Source of the DNA: a virus
Lineage: Duplodnaviria; Caudoviricetes
Strand: one strand, 5' to 3'
IMG/VR virus record: IMGVR_UViG_3300020045_001321
Span: 1-24,018 of that record
DNA: 24,018 nt
Shown: in pieces, positions 1-6,785 of the stretch
How the letters are laid out: every line of letters begins with the position of its first letter
Numbering within the stretch: the stretch's first letter is position 1
Program-made: the position numbers and the translations under genes
Notes under the pieces: generated by a model
Told to the model about the DNA's origin: nothing
What the model saw: the letters and a program-made list of their open reading frames with translations, nothing else
Databases searched by the model: none

Positions 1-60
1 AACTTTCGGTTTGCTCGGCTCTGCGGTTTTAGGATCAACCGCTTTTAGTTTAGTTGCCAT
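1..60 (-). CDS. N-terminus (partial, runs off window) of a probable AAA_24/Sak4-like ATPase
   Basis: Not in the ORF track. ATG at 60-58 with RBS AAGGAGG (73-67) gives MATKLKAVDPKTAEPSKPKV, resembling the segment just before Walker A in phage AAA_24 ATPases. Only 20 codons are visible. Confidence 0.55.
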   Translation of the reverse strand, partial: MATKLKAVDPKTAEPSKPKV

Positions 61-113
61 TGCTGGCCTCCTTTGGTAAAATAAGGGCAATTTCTAGCGC
101 CGCCCTATATGCG

Positions 114-135
114 CTAAAACAAAACTAAAACAAAA
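114..135. repeat. Perfect 11-bp tandem repeat CTAAAACAAAA x2
   Basis: 114-124 and 125-135. Overlaps the putative -10 and start region, next to a TAGCGC/GCGCTA inverted repeat (95-100/111-116). Confidence 0.7.
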
Positions 136-150
136 CATGGAAGTAAGCAA
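122..150 (-). promoter_or_regulatory. Putative leftward sigma70-type promoter
   Basis: Minus strand TTGCTT (150-145), 17 bp, TAGTTT (127-122), about 60 bp upstream of the ATG at 60. Confidence 0.45.
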
Positions 151-156
151 GAGATA

Positions 157-573
157 ATGCAAAAAAATTCAGAAGAATATATACAAATTTATCTTGTATC
201 TTTTCTCAAAAAGTTGCAGGCGGAGACCGGGGGATTTATGCTTTTTCATTGTCCGAATGGGGGCAGTAGGGACAAGCGGGAGGCGGGTAAGTTTAAACTT
301 ATGGGGATGTTAGCCGGGGTTCCTGACTTGTGTATATTAGGTGGCGGTATATTCCATTTTATAGAATTAAAGAAAAACATGGGTAAGTTGTCACCGCAGC
401 AAATTGATTTTATATCCAAGGCGGAAAGCCACGGATTTAAAACCAGTGTGATTTACGCGGATAATGTAGAGGATGGCCTATATCAATTAGGTCAAATCAT
501 GCACGAAATTTTTGGCATAGATCAAAAAGGAATCTCAAAATCATCTTCATCCGTTTTGGGTGCAAAGTTTTGA
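157..573 (+). CDS. VRR-NUC domain nuclease (PD-(D/E)xK)
   Basis: FHCPNGG...GMLAGVPDL...FIELKK...LSPQQIDF are typical VRR-NUC motifs. The last 52 bp overlap the helicase gene convergently. Confidence 0.88.
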   Translation: MQKNSEEYIQIYLVSFLKKLQAETGGFMLFHCPNGGSRDKREAGKFKLMGMLAGVPDLCILGGGIFHFIELKKNMGKLSPQQIDFISKAESHGFKTSVIYADNVEDGLYQLGQIMHEIFGIDQKGISKSSSSVLGAKF

Positions 574-2282
574 GGTTCATAGACAATACTATGAACCATG
601 CCAGCCTTCGGCCATTGTAAATTATGATGACAAATTATCCGGTCAAATTTGCCGTCTTTTTTAACCGATATCATTGATGGAATCATAAGGTTATCGCACA
701 TTCTAGAATTGACTATTTTCTCGACACTCATCCCGTCAATATCATCTCCATGTCTTTCGTTCCACCATTTACGCGCTTTCTGTCTGACGTATGGTTTGCT
801 GTGTCCTATAGAAACATATTCATTTGTTTGCCGTCCATCCGGATGAATATATTTTACCCGTAAACATGGCTCTTTCGTTTCATGGTTTAAATTATGTCCC
901 ATGTATTGAACCTCTAACACCTCTCTATCATCAGGCGCTCCACCTAAAACCTGACCGTCATACGAATCACCGATTACTGATACCTCATTCATCGGAAACT
1001 CATAGCCACAGTCCTTGCAATTTTTGGCTGCGGCGTGACATATACTAAAGCAATCCGGGCAGGCTTTCATCGGCGCCACTCCATCGCCCTTAGCGCCTTT
1101 CTCCTTCGCCTTTATTTGATCGAGGAATCCATGACGATATATGTTTCCAGCAAAGTCTAGGAATAGGCAATTCGGCTTTGCGCTTTCCGCTATTGCCTTG
1201 CGGCGGAGTGTACTTGTCTCATAGGCTCCAGCATCAATAACAACCCTTGTTCCACGGCCAGCCATTTGCAACAATAGCCCGCCTGACATTGTATGCCGCA
1301 GCATACCAATCAAATCAACATGAGGAACATCAACACCAGTTGTCCAAACGGCGTTATTTGTTACGGCCTTGATTGTTCCGGATTTGAATCCGGCCAATAT
1401 ATCAGCCCTTTCATTGTCTGGCGTTTCGCCTGTTACTGTCTCGCAGACAATCCCCATACGCCTAAACTCATCCCGTACAGCGAAGCTGTGCGCCACGCCG
1501 TTACAAAATATAAGCCATGATTTACGGTTGGCCCCAGCATCGATTATTTCCGCCACGGCTTTCTGCGTCAAACTGTCCACGTTTGTTGCCGCTTCTAATT
1601 CTTTTAAATTAAATTCCCCGGCAATCTTTCCAACGCCACTTACATCATATTTTGTTTTTGTATCTTTGGCGGTTAATGGGACTAGATAGCCGTCCTGAAT
1701 AGCCCGGCCCAAACCGTAGTCAAATACAATGTCAGTGAATAAACTTTCTTCGCCATCCGTCAGACTGCCTGAATCCATACGGAACGGGGTGGCACTAAGG
1801 CCCACAATGCGGAGTTTCGGATTAAGTGCCAGCAGTCCATCAATAAGACTTTTCCACATGCTTTTATCTTTGCGAGATATTGTGTGTACTTCGTCAACTA
1901 TCAGTAGATTGAATGAACCAAGCCCACTAGCCCTATAAATAGATTGAATGCCAGCAAATACGATTTGATTATGGCTGTCTTTTTGTCCCAATCCGGCGCT
2001 ATACAACCCTATATCAGCCTGCGGCATAATCCCGCGCAGTTTCCCCGCGTTCTGCTCCAGCAATTCAGCAACGTGTGTTGCAACCATGATCCGAGCATGG
2101 CTATTCGCTGCCAGTATCCGCTTAATCAGGCTCGCTATTATAACGCTTTTCCCTGTCCCGGTTGCCGCGCAAATAATCGGATTACCGGGCTTCTTTTTCA
2201 GGTAATCTATAACCGCTTGCACCGCATCATCTTGATAGGGGCGATTTGTAGTCATGCCTGCGGCAGTGAATAAATCAAGCAT
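522..2282 (-). CDS. SF2 DEAD/DEAH-box helicase, RadD/YejH-like, with CxxC...CxxC zinc ribbon
   Basis: RPYQ Q-motif, ATGTGKS, DEVH, SAT, TTGVD, QMAGRGTR, then CPDC...CKDC. Start moved to ATG 2282, which overlaps the primase stop, instead of the track's 2324. Confidence 0.9.
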   Translation of the reverse strand: MLDLFTAAGMTTNRPYQDDAVQAVIDYLKKKPGNPIICAATGTGKSVIIASLIKRILAANSHARIMVATHVAELLEQNAGKLRGIMPQADIGLYSAGLGQKDSHNQIVFAGIQSIYRASGLGSFNLLIVDEVHTISRKDKSMWKSLIDGLLALNPKLRIVGLSATPFRMDSGSLTDGEESLFTDIVFDYGLGRAIQDGYLVPLTAKDTKTKYDVSGVGKIAGEFNLKELEAATNVDSLTQKAVAEIIDAGANRKSWLIFCNGVAHSFAVRDEFRRMGIVCETVTGETPDNERADILAGFKSGTIKAVTNNAVWTTGVDVPHVDLIGMLRHTMSGGLLLQMAGRGTRVVIDAGAYETSTLRRKAIAESAKPNCLFLDFAGNIYRHGFLDQIKAKEKGAKGDGVAPMKACPDCFSICHAAAKNCKDCGYEFPMNEVSVIGDSYDGQVLGGAPDDREVLEVQYMGHNLNHETKEPCLRVKYIHPDGRQTNEYVSIGHSKPYVRQKARKWWNERHGDDIDGMSVEKIVNSRMCDNLMIPSMISVKKDGKFDRIICHHNLQWPKAGMVHSIVYEPQNFAPKTDEDDFEIPF

Positions 2283-4464
2283 CGTATTTACCCCACAGAC
2301 GTACAGATTTTTTATCAGCCGCATTCCAAGCGGAGCGGGTTGAATATCCGTTTGCCTTCAATATTGTGGCAATCCGTTTAATAGCCTTTTCGTTTTTCTC
2401 GTTCATTCTCAATTCCATCTTGGCCAGAATATCCCCGATTCTAAATTCATCCATGTTTATCCGGGCTATGATATTCAGAATCGTTTCTTCCCATGCGTCA
2501 GATTGCATTCTTTTTTGACGCTCAATTTCAGCCAATTCGTTTTCTTCTTTAGTCGGGCCGATATAAAGACCGGATTTGTATAGTGACACCGCTTCTGCCC
2601 ATAACTGGCCCTTTATTTTTTCAATCAATTCCACATTGATCCAGTCCTCAATTGTCACAGGCCAATAGCGGCGGTTGCCAGTCGGGTCTTTTAAGTAATC
2701 ATAATTGTTTGTCGTGGCAGCAAATACAAATTGCCGGAAGAATCTGGATGTTTCCCGGCTGTATGGAAGTCTTACCTCATCAATGGTCTGTGTAATCCAA
2801 TTTTTTATCAGGTTGTCATCTTGTTTCGAGAACCCTGTCAACTCCGCTAGTTCAACAATCATGTTTCCCTGCATCTTTAATATCGTATCTTTATTTGATA
2901 TTTCCGAAGCTGACACGGAATCGGTGTGATATGTTTCACCGTTAAACGTGGCAAGGCATTTAAGCAATTCAGATTTATACAATCCCTGCTTCTGACTCTC
3001 TAAAATCAAAACGTGATCGAATTTGCACCCCGGTTCCATTATCCGTTTAACCGCAGCCGTCATCCATTTTTTGAATACAAATGCCAGATATGCGGGAGCT
3101 TCGACTTTACAGCCGATATGATCGGTCAAGAATGTTTCTAGCCTCGGCACCCCATCCCATTCCAAAGCGGCAAAATATTGCCTTGCGGAATGGAACCTAT
3201 TTTCATTTGCCGCAACCTGAATTGCCTTAGCTGTTTTTTCGACAGTCGATGTCAGGCCATATCTTTCCAATGTCGCTGCCGCTTGGGTAATCTGGATGTC
3301 TGTAATCCGGTCAACCTTGAATGTGGACGGATCTTGCCACGGCGGGCATTTTCTAACTAATACCGCCTGCTTAAATTCATCGAATGCAAAGCATCCTTCA
3401 AAGTCTTGATGGTATAAAAGGTACAATATGGCATTTTGAAGGCTTGTTGCCACAATACGGTTTTTGCTATCCGTGATGACATTCGCCATCCAATTAGAAT
3501 CGCTGGGGGAGGCTTCGGGTGACTGCAAATCATCCTCAGGGACTATGTCCGTAACAGCCCCCCCAGCGCCTTCGCGGCCAAAAGCTTTTTTAATAGCATC
3601 TGGAGGAAGATCGTTAAAATCTTTACCTATATTTTCCGGAATTACAATAGAAACATCGGGCACTGACTTCTGAACAGCGGCTGCAGCTTTTTGCCCCGCG
3701 CCTGATTCGTCATTGTCCCCGGCGATTATGATAGGGGTTGCGGTGTAGATAGAGCGTATTGATTTGGCCACGGGTAATAGGTTCCCGGAACTTAAGGCCA
3801 CCACTATCCCCGCTTCCAGCGCCAGATGCAGGCTTGCCCCGGTTGCCCATCCCTCGCAAATCAAAATAGGCTTGGTAGGGTCTATTTGCCCTATTATATG
3901 GAAGCAGCCAGATTGCTTGCCGCCGAATGGAAAGCCCTTTTCCCCGTCAGCCCGAATCATCTGCCATGAAACAAGGTCAAGACTTCCCGATTTTCCAGCC
4001 TCATAAACCGGAACCATGACGTTTCTATCGCCATAAATCCGGGCGGATAGTAGCGGCAGTCCCTTGCGGTCAAGGTAGGGTGTGGATCCGGATTCCGCAG
4101 CCTGCGCCCATTTAACCTTCGCCCTTGCTGCTATCTTTTCGTGCCTTTCGGCAATCTTTATATCTTCCTGAGCTTTCCTTGCTTTTAATAACGCTTTAAC
4201 CCGCGCCAGATCGGCTCTTGTCATGCCGGGATCATCAAGCGCACTATTAAATCTGACCTCCGCCCCGGTCTTAAAATCCTTGGCATAGCCATAGGCAAAG
4301 TCATATTCAACCTTGAGCCAATAAGACAAAGATTTTTTGCCGCGCTTATCAGATTCGCACGACACCCTGCGGAATCTATCCGATGGCGTTATATCTGCGG
4401 TTGATTTTGGGTTTATTCCAGCGTTCACCATCTTTGTGATGAACTTCGTGATGAAGTCAGTCAT
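2275..4464 (-). CDS. DNA primase (TOPRIM) fused to VirE/VapE-type P-loop helicase domain
   Basis: ICEGWATGASL and IIAGDND (TOPRIM), KDFND; C-terminal WDGVPRL, PGCKFD, QGLYKS, ELAEL, YLKDPTGNRRYWPV (virulence-associated E family). RBS-like AGGGA upstream. Confidence 0.9.
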   Translation of the reverse strand: MTDFITKFITKMVNAGINPKSTADITPSDRFRRVSCESDKRGKKSLSYWLKVEYDFAYGYAKDFKTGAEVRFNSALDDPGMTRADLARVKALLKARKAQEDIKIAERHEKIAARAKVKWAQAAESGSTPYLDRKGLPLLSARIYGDRNVMVPVYEAGKSGSLDLVSWQMIRADGEKGFPFGGKQSGCFHIIGQIDPTKPILICEGWATGASLHLALEAGIVVALSSGNLLPVAKSIRSIYTATPIIIAGDNDESGAGQKAAAAVQKSVPDVSIVIPENIGKDFNDLPPDAIKKAFGREGAGGAVTDIVPEDDLQSPEASPSDSNWMANVITDSKNRIVATSLQNAILYLLYHQDFEGCFAFDEFKQAVLVRKCPPWQDPSTFKVDRITDIQITQAAATLERYGLTSTVEKTAKAIQVAANENRFHSARQYFAALEWDGVPRLETFLTDHIGCKVEAPAYLAFVFKKWMTAAVKRIMEPGCKFDHVLILESQKQGLYKSELLKCLATFNGETYHTDSVSASEISNKDTILKMQGNMIVELAELTGFSKQDDNLIKNWITQTIDEVRLPYSRETSRFFRQFVFAATTNNYDYLKDPTGNRRYWPVTIEDWINVELIEKIKGQLWAEAVSLYKSGLYIGPTKEENELAEIERQKRMQSDAWEETILNIIARINMDEFRIGDILAKMELRMNEKNEKAIKRIATILKANGYSTRSAWNAADKKSVRLWGKYDA

Positions 4465-4504
4465 ATAAGTTCCCTGTTTTTAGTCGATTTGCAGTCGTAT
4501 TTTT

Positions 4505-4533
4505 ATCTTAGGGAACTTTTTAAAAGATGTAAA
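4505..4533 (-). promoter_or_regulatory. Putative leftward promoter for the primase-helicase operon
   Basis: Minus strand TTTACA (4533-4528), 17 bp, TAAGAT (4510-4505). Confidence 0.55.
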
Positions 4534-4574
4534 TAGGGTGAAAATAGTTATTTTCTTTACATATTTAAAAGTTA

Positions 4575-4822
4575 ACGTGTGAGGTGCGATGGAAATTATC
4601 CTTTAAAATCAAAGCCCTTTCACCTCACTTCATTATATACTTAAAAAAGAAGTATATAATATATATAGATATATATATCCCATATAAGAAAGTTTGGAGC
4701 AGAATTTGCGGTGAGGTGCGAGGAACTCGCTTAAAGCATTGATCTGGCTAGAAACTTTCCTCACACGTATTCATTTCACTTGCGGTGAGGTGCGAGAATG
4801 TCTTTTAATCACAATGCCTTAG
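4575..4822. repeat. Iteron-like repeats and AT-rich tract: candidate replication origin
   Basis: GTGAGGTGCGA at 4579, 4711 and 4786; exact 17-mer TTGCGGTGAGGTGCGAG at 4706-4722 and 4780-4796; inverted cores at 4621-4628 and 4759-4768; perfect 11-bp inverted repeat 4632-4642/4650-4660; alternating TA tract to 4678. Confidence 0.65.
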
Positions 4823-4846
4823 CACTATGCGGGAACCGCGAGGGGA

Positions 4847-4875
4847 TTGCAAGCGATAAATCATGGTAATATAAT
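4847..4875 (+). promoter_or_regulatory. Strong sigma70-type rightward promoter
   Basis: TTGCAA (4847-4852), 17 bp, perfect TATAAT (4870-4875), upstream of the small-ORF cluster. Confidence 0.7.
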
Positions 4876-4964
4876 TACTAATTCAACCCCAAACACGCAA
4901 CCCTATTACCCACGTTATTTAGTATATTGTCTTTACCGGGATGATCCGGGGAGAGAGAAGGAAG

Positions 4965-5105
4965 ATGGGTATGAAACACGCAAGCATCATACACAACGAT
5001 AAAGAGCAATCGGCCATGCTGGAACGCAAGCCATCCTTTTTTCAGGGGTTCACCCTAGCGGCGAATCCAAAGTCTAGTTTTAGTTTCGGATATGTTTGGT
5101 TTTAG
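4965..5105 (+). CDS. Hypothetical protein, 46 aa (MGMKHASIIH...GYVWF)
   Basis: Translated by hand, below the track cutoff. Purine-rich RBS GAGAAGGAAG; first ORF after the promoter; alternative start at 4971. Confidence 0.45.
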   Translation: MGMKHASIIHNDKEQSAMLERKPSFFQGFTLAANPKSSFSFGYVWF

Positions 5106-5113
5106 GGGTAAAA

Positions 5114-5560
5114 ATGTCGGCAGAATTATTTATTAATCCAGACGGTGCTAATTCACAGGCTCAGGCTGTTTTAGCATATCTCAGGGGCAACGAAGGAATA
5201 GAGGGATCTTTCGACAGCGAAAGAGTTCAATTTTTAGCATGTCCAAGGGTTTCACGTTGGGAGAATTGCCGGGAACAGGGCTATGTGGTGACGATGCGCT
5301 CTTTGGGCCATAAAAAACAAATCAACATCGCCTTCTTTGAACACCGAAACTCAGATGAAATCTGCGCAATTGTTTGGGAACAAATAACAACAAATGCCCC
5401 GACCATAGATACTATGGAAACAGGCGGCACTGTATATAAAGATAAATATGATCTTACACAATCTTTCAAATATGGCGAGGCGCAAAAAATGGCTGATTTC
5501 ATATACCAGACGCTTACAGAATTTTGGATGCACAACAAGCAAGGGGCTGTAAATGGATAA
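5114..5560 (+). CDS. Hypothetical phage protein, 148 aa
   Basis: ATG 5114 after AGGGGT. Globular-looking sequence with RWENCREQGY and FFEHRNSDEI segments. Confidence 0.8.
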   Translation: MSAELFINPDGANSQAQAVLAYLRGNEGIEGSFDSERVQFLACPRVSRWENCREQGYVVTMRSLGHKKQINIAFFEHRNSDEICAIVWEQITTNAPTIDTMETGGTVYKDKYDLTQSFKYGEAQKMADFIYQTLTEFWMHNKQGAVNG

Positions 5561-5687
5561 AGAAGATCTAGCAGAAATAATCAAACACGTAGAGGATTCA
5601 TTACACATGCACGGCGCAAGGGCTTATTACGATACTGCATGGATAGAGGCTTTATTAGAGGTAGCGAAACAACAACTAACCCCCTAA
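5553..5687 (+). CDS. Hypothetical protein, 44 aa (MDKEDLAEII...KQQLTP)
   Basis: Translated by hand. RBS AAGGGG, 8-bp overlap with the upstream gene end, helical composition. Confidence 0.6.
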   Translation: MDKEDLAEIIKHVEDSLHMHGARAYYDTAWIEALLEVAKQQLTP

Positions 5688-5714
5688 TTTTGCCGGGGAG
5701 AGAGGGATGAGGAG

Positions 5715-5858
5715 ATGATGAAAGCAATAAACCGTATTATTCATAACCTAAGATATAAATACGATAGGCGTTATAGGGAGGCTTACGATTTTACAATTAT
5801 GACCTTTGGGTATATTGGCGACAAAAGGCCGAAATTTAACTCAAGGATTGTTAATTAA
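5715..5858 (+). CDS. Hypothetical basic protein, 47 aa (MMKAINRII...NSRIVN)
   Basis: Translated by hand. Strong RBS GAGGAG; Arg/Tyr-rich. Confidence 0.6.
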   Translation: MMKAINRIIHNLRYKYDRRYREAYDFTIMTFGYIGDKRPKFNSRIVN

Positions 5859-5859
5859 C

Positions 5860-6048
5860 CCCACCCCAGCAATCCCTTCCATGCGGGAGGTATTTCTTGG
5901 GTGGGCATTACGGAAGGACGTATATGCATAGGGCCAGTCTAGGAGAGCTAGGGATTTAATTGCCCCGTATCTGTCCGGTCAAGTCTGAATAGGCCCATAC
6001 CGTTACCTAGAGCAGGTACTCAAGCCCTGCCCCACCCTTCGTTTTTTT
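5860..6048 (+). ncRNA. Candidate structured RNA: long hairpin plus tRNA-like fold with an enlarged central domain
   Basis: Gap of ~200 bp between ORFs. GGGTGGG (5899-5905) is complementary to both CCCACCC 5860-5866 and CCCACCC 6031-6037. T-arm-like GCAGG/CCTGC (6012-6016/6026-6030), D-arm-like TACG/CGTA (5909-5912/5919-5922), T7 run at 6042-6048. Confidence 0.5.
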
Positions 6049-6058
6049 AGGAGATACT

Positions 6059-6217
6059 ATGGACAAAATTATCGTAATAATAATGCTTTACTTGTTTCTT
6101 AACTGGGTATGGTATTTGTTGGATGCATCACTAAAGCCATCAAATTATGACAGGCTTATGTCTGAGTGTATTCTGGATGGGAATAAAGAATACCAATGCG
6201 CGGGGATGTTGAGATGA
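6059..6217 (+). CDS. Small membrane protein, 52 aa, N-terminal TM helix and Cys pair
   Basis: Translated by hand: MDKIIVIIMLYLFLNWVWYLLDASLKPSNYDRLMSECILDGNKEYQCAGMLR. RBS AGGAG; ATGA overlap with the next gene. Confidence 0.75.
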   Translation: MDKIIVIIMLYLFLNWVWYLLDASLKPSNYDRLMSECILDGNKEYQCAGMLR

Positions 6218-6438
6218 CAAAAGCTAAAGAGGCGCTGGATTATTTTGTAAAGTATATTGACCCGACAGACTGGCCAGCGGGATATATGGAGCAGGCTATC
6301 CGCGCCCTGCGTATTCTGGATAAGATTGAGAGTGGGGATGTTGATAAACCCGACCCGTTCTTAGATTACGATAATTATGGGGATGGAATAAAAGAAGGTT
6401 ATAACCAATGCCTAGACGATCTGAGGGCGATTGAATGA
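6214..6438 (+). CDS. Hypothetical protein, 74 aa
   Basis: Start moved to ATG 6214 (ATGA coupling). Ends with GYNQCLDDL, a motif type frequent in small phage proteins. Confidence 0.7.
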   Translation: MTKAKEALDYFVKYIDPTDWPAGYMEQAIRALRILDKIESGDVDKPDPFLDYDNYGDGIKEGYNQCLDDLRAIE

Positions 6439-6605
6439 GTGAAGAATTTATTACAGACACAATCATACAAGACAGGTGGAGCGCCCTTGAAAGACACTGG
6501 CAAAATACGAGAAATCAAGATATTAAGAGGGCCTCCCAAATATTCATTGAATATTTTAATAAAGACACAAACTACGATAATCAGCATACGGAGCAATGGG
6601 AATGA
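6435..6605 (+). CDS. Hypothetical protein, 56 aa (MSEEFITDTII...HTEQWE)
   Basis: Translated by hand. ATGA overlaps at both ends and GAGG upstream; preferred to the track ORF 6439..6654. Confidence 0.65.
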   Translation: MSEEFITDTIIQDRWSALERHWQNTRNQDIKRASQIFIEYFNKDTNYDNQHTEQWE

Positions 6606-6778
6606 AAATAGTTATCTTCTCCAAGACTGGCGACCTTATGACGGGCGATATTGAGTTTGACAGCAGCAGGCCCATCGAAGAAATATTAGAGCGGGTTATA
6701 GGCCCGGCGTTAGCGCATTTGATGTACGAAGAAAAAGAAAAGCTTGCTAAAGGATTAGTTAATGGGCGGAAAAATTAA
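6602..6778 (+). CDS. Hypothetical protein, 58 aa
   Basis: ATG 6602 coupled to the upstream TGA; GGAG upstream. Confidence 0.6.
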   Translation: MKIVIFSKTGDLMTGDIEFDSSRPIEEILERVIGPALAHLMYEEKEKLAKGLVNGRKN

Positions 6779-6785
6779 GGGGGCA

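Noticed and set aside
649-4006. Plus-strand ORFs inside the helicase and primase genes
   Set aside because: Antisense shadows with no recognisable motifs.
4575-4800. CRISPR array
   Set aside because: Repeats are only 11-17 bp, in both orientations and irregularly spaced, with no cas genes. Iterons fit better.
5925-6030. Twister, pistol, HDV or hammerhead ribozyme, or SAM-I/glycine riboswitch
   Set aside because: Only short fragments resemble them (TAA...CCGGTCAAG, TAGGGCC...AAGCCCT, GGAGAG, minus-strand GACTGGCCCTATG). The required conserved cores and pairings could not be assembled by eye.
5899-6038. Canonical tRNA or tmRNA
   Set aside because: No 7-nt anticodon loop at the expected place, a 9-nt T-loop, no CCA, no G3-U70 pair, and too short for tmRNA. 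Kept only as a tRNA-like candidate.
6439-6654. Track ORF of 71 aa
   Set aside because: The alternative frame 6435-6605 has ATGA coupling at both ends and avoids a long overlap with the next gene.
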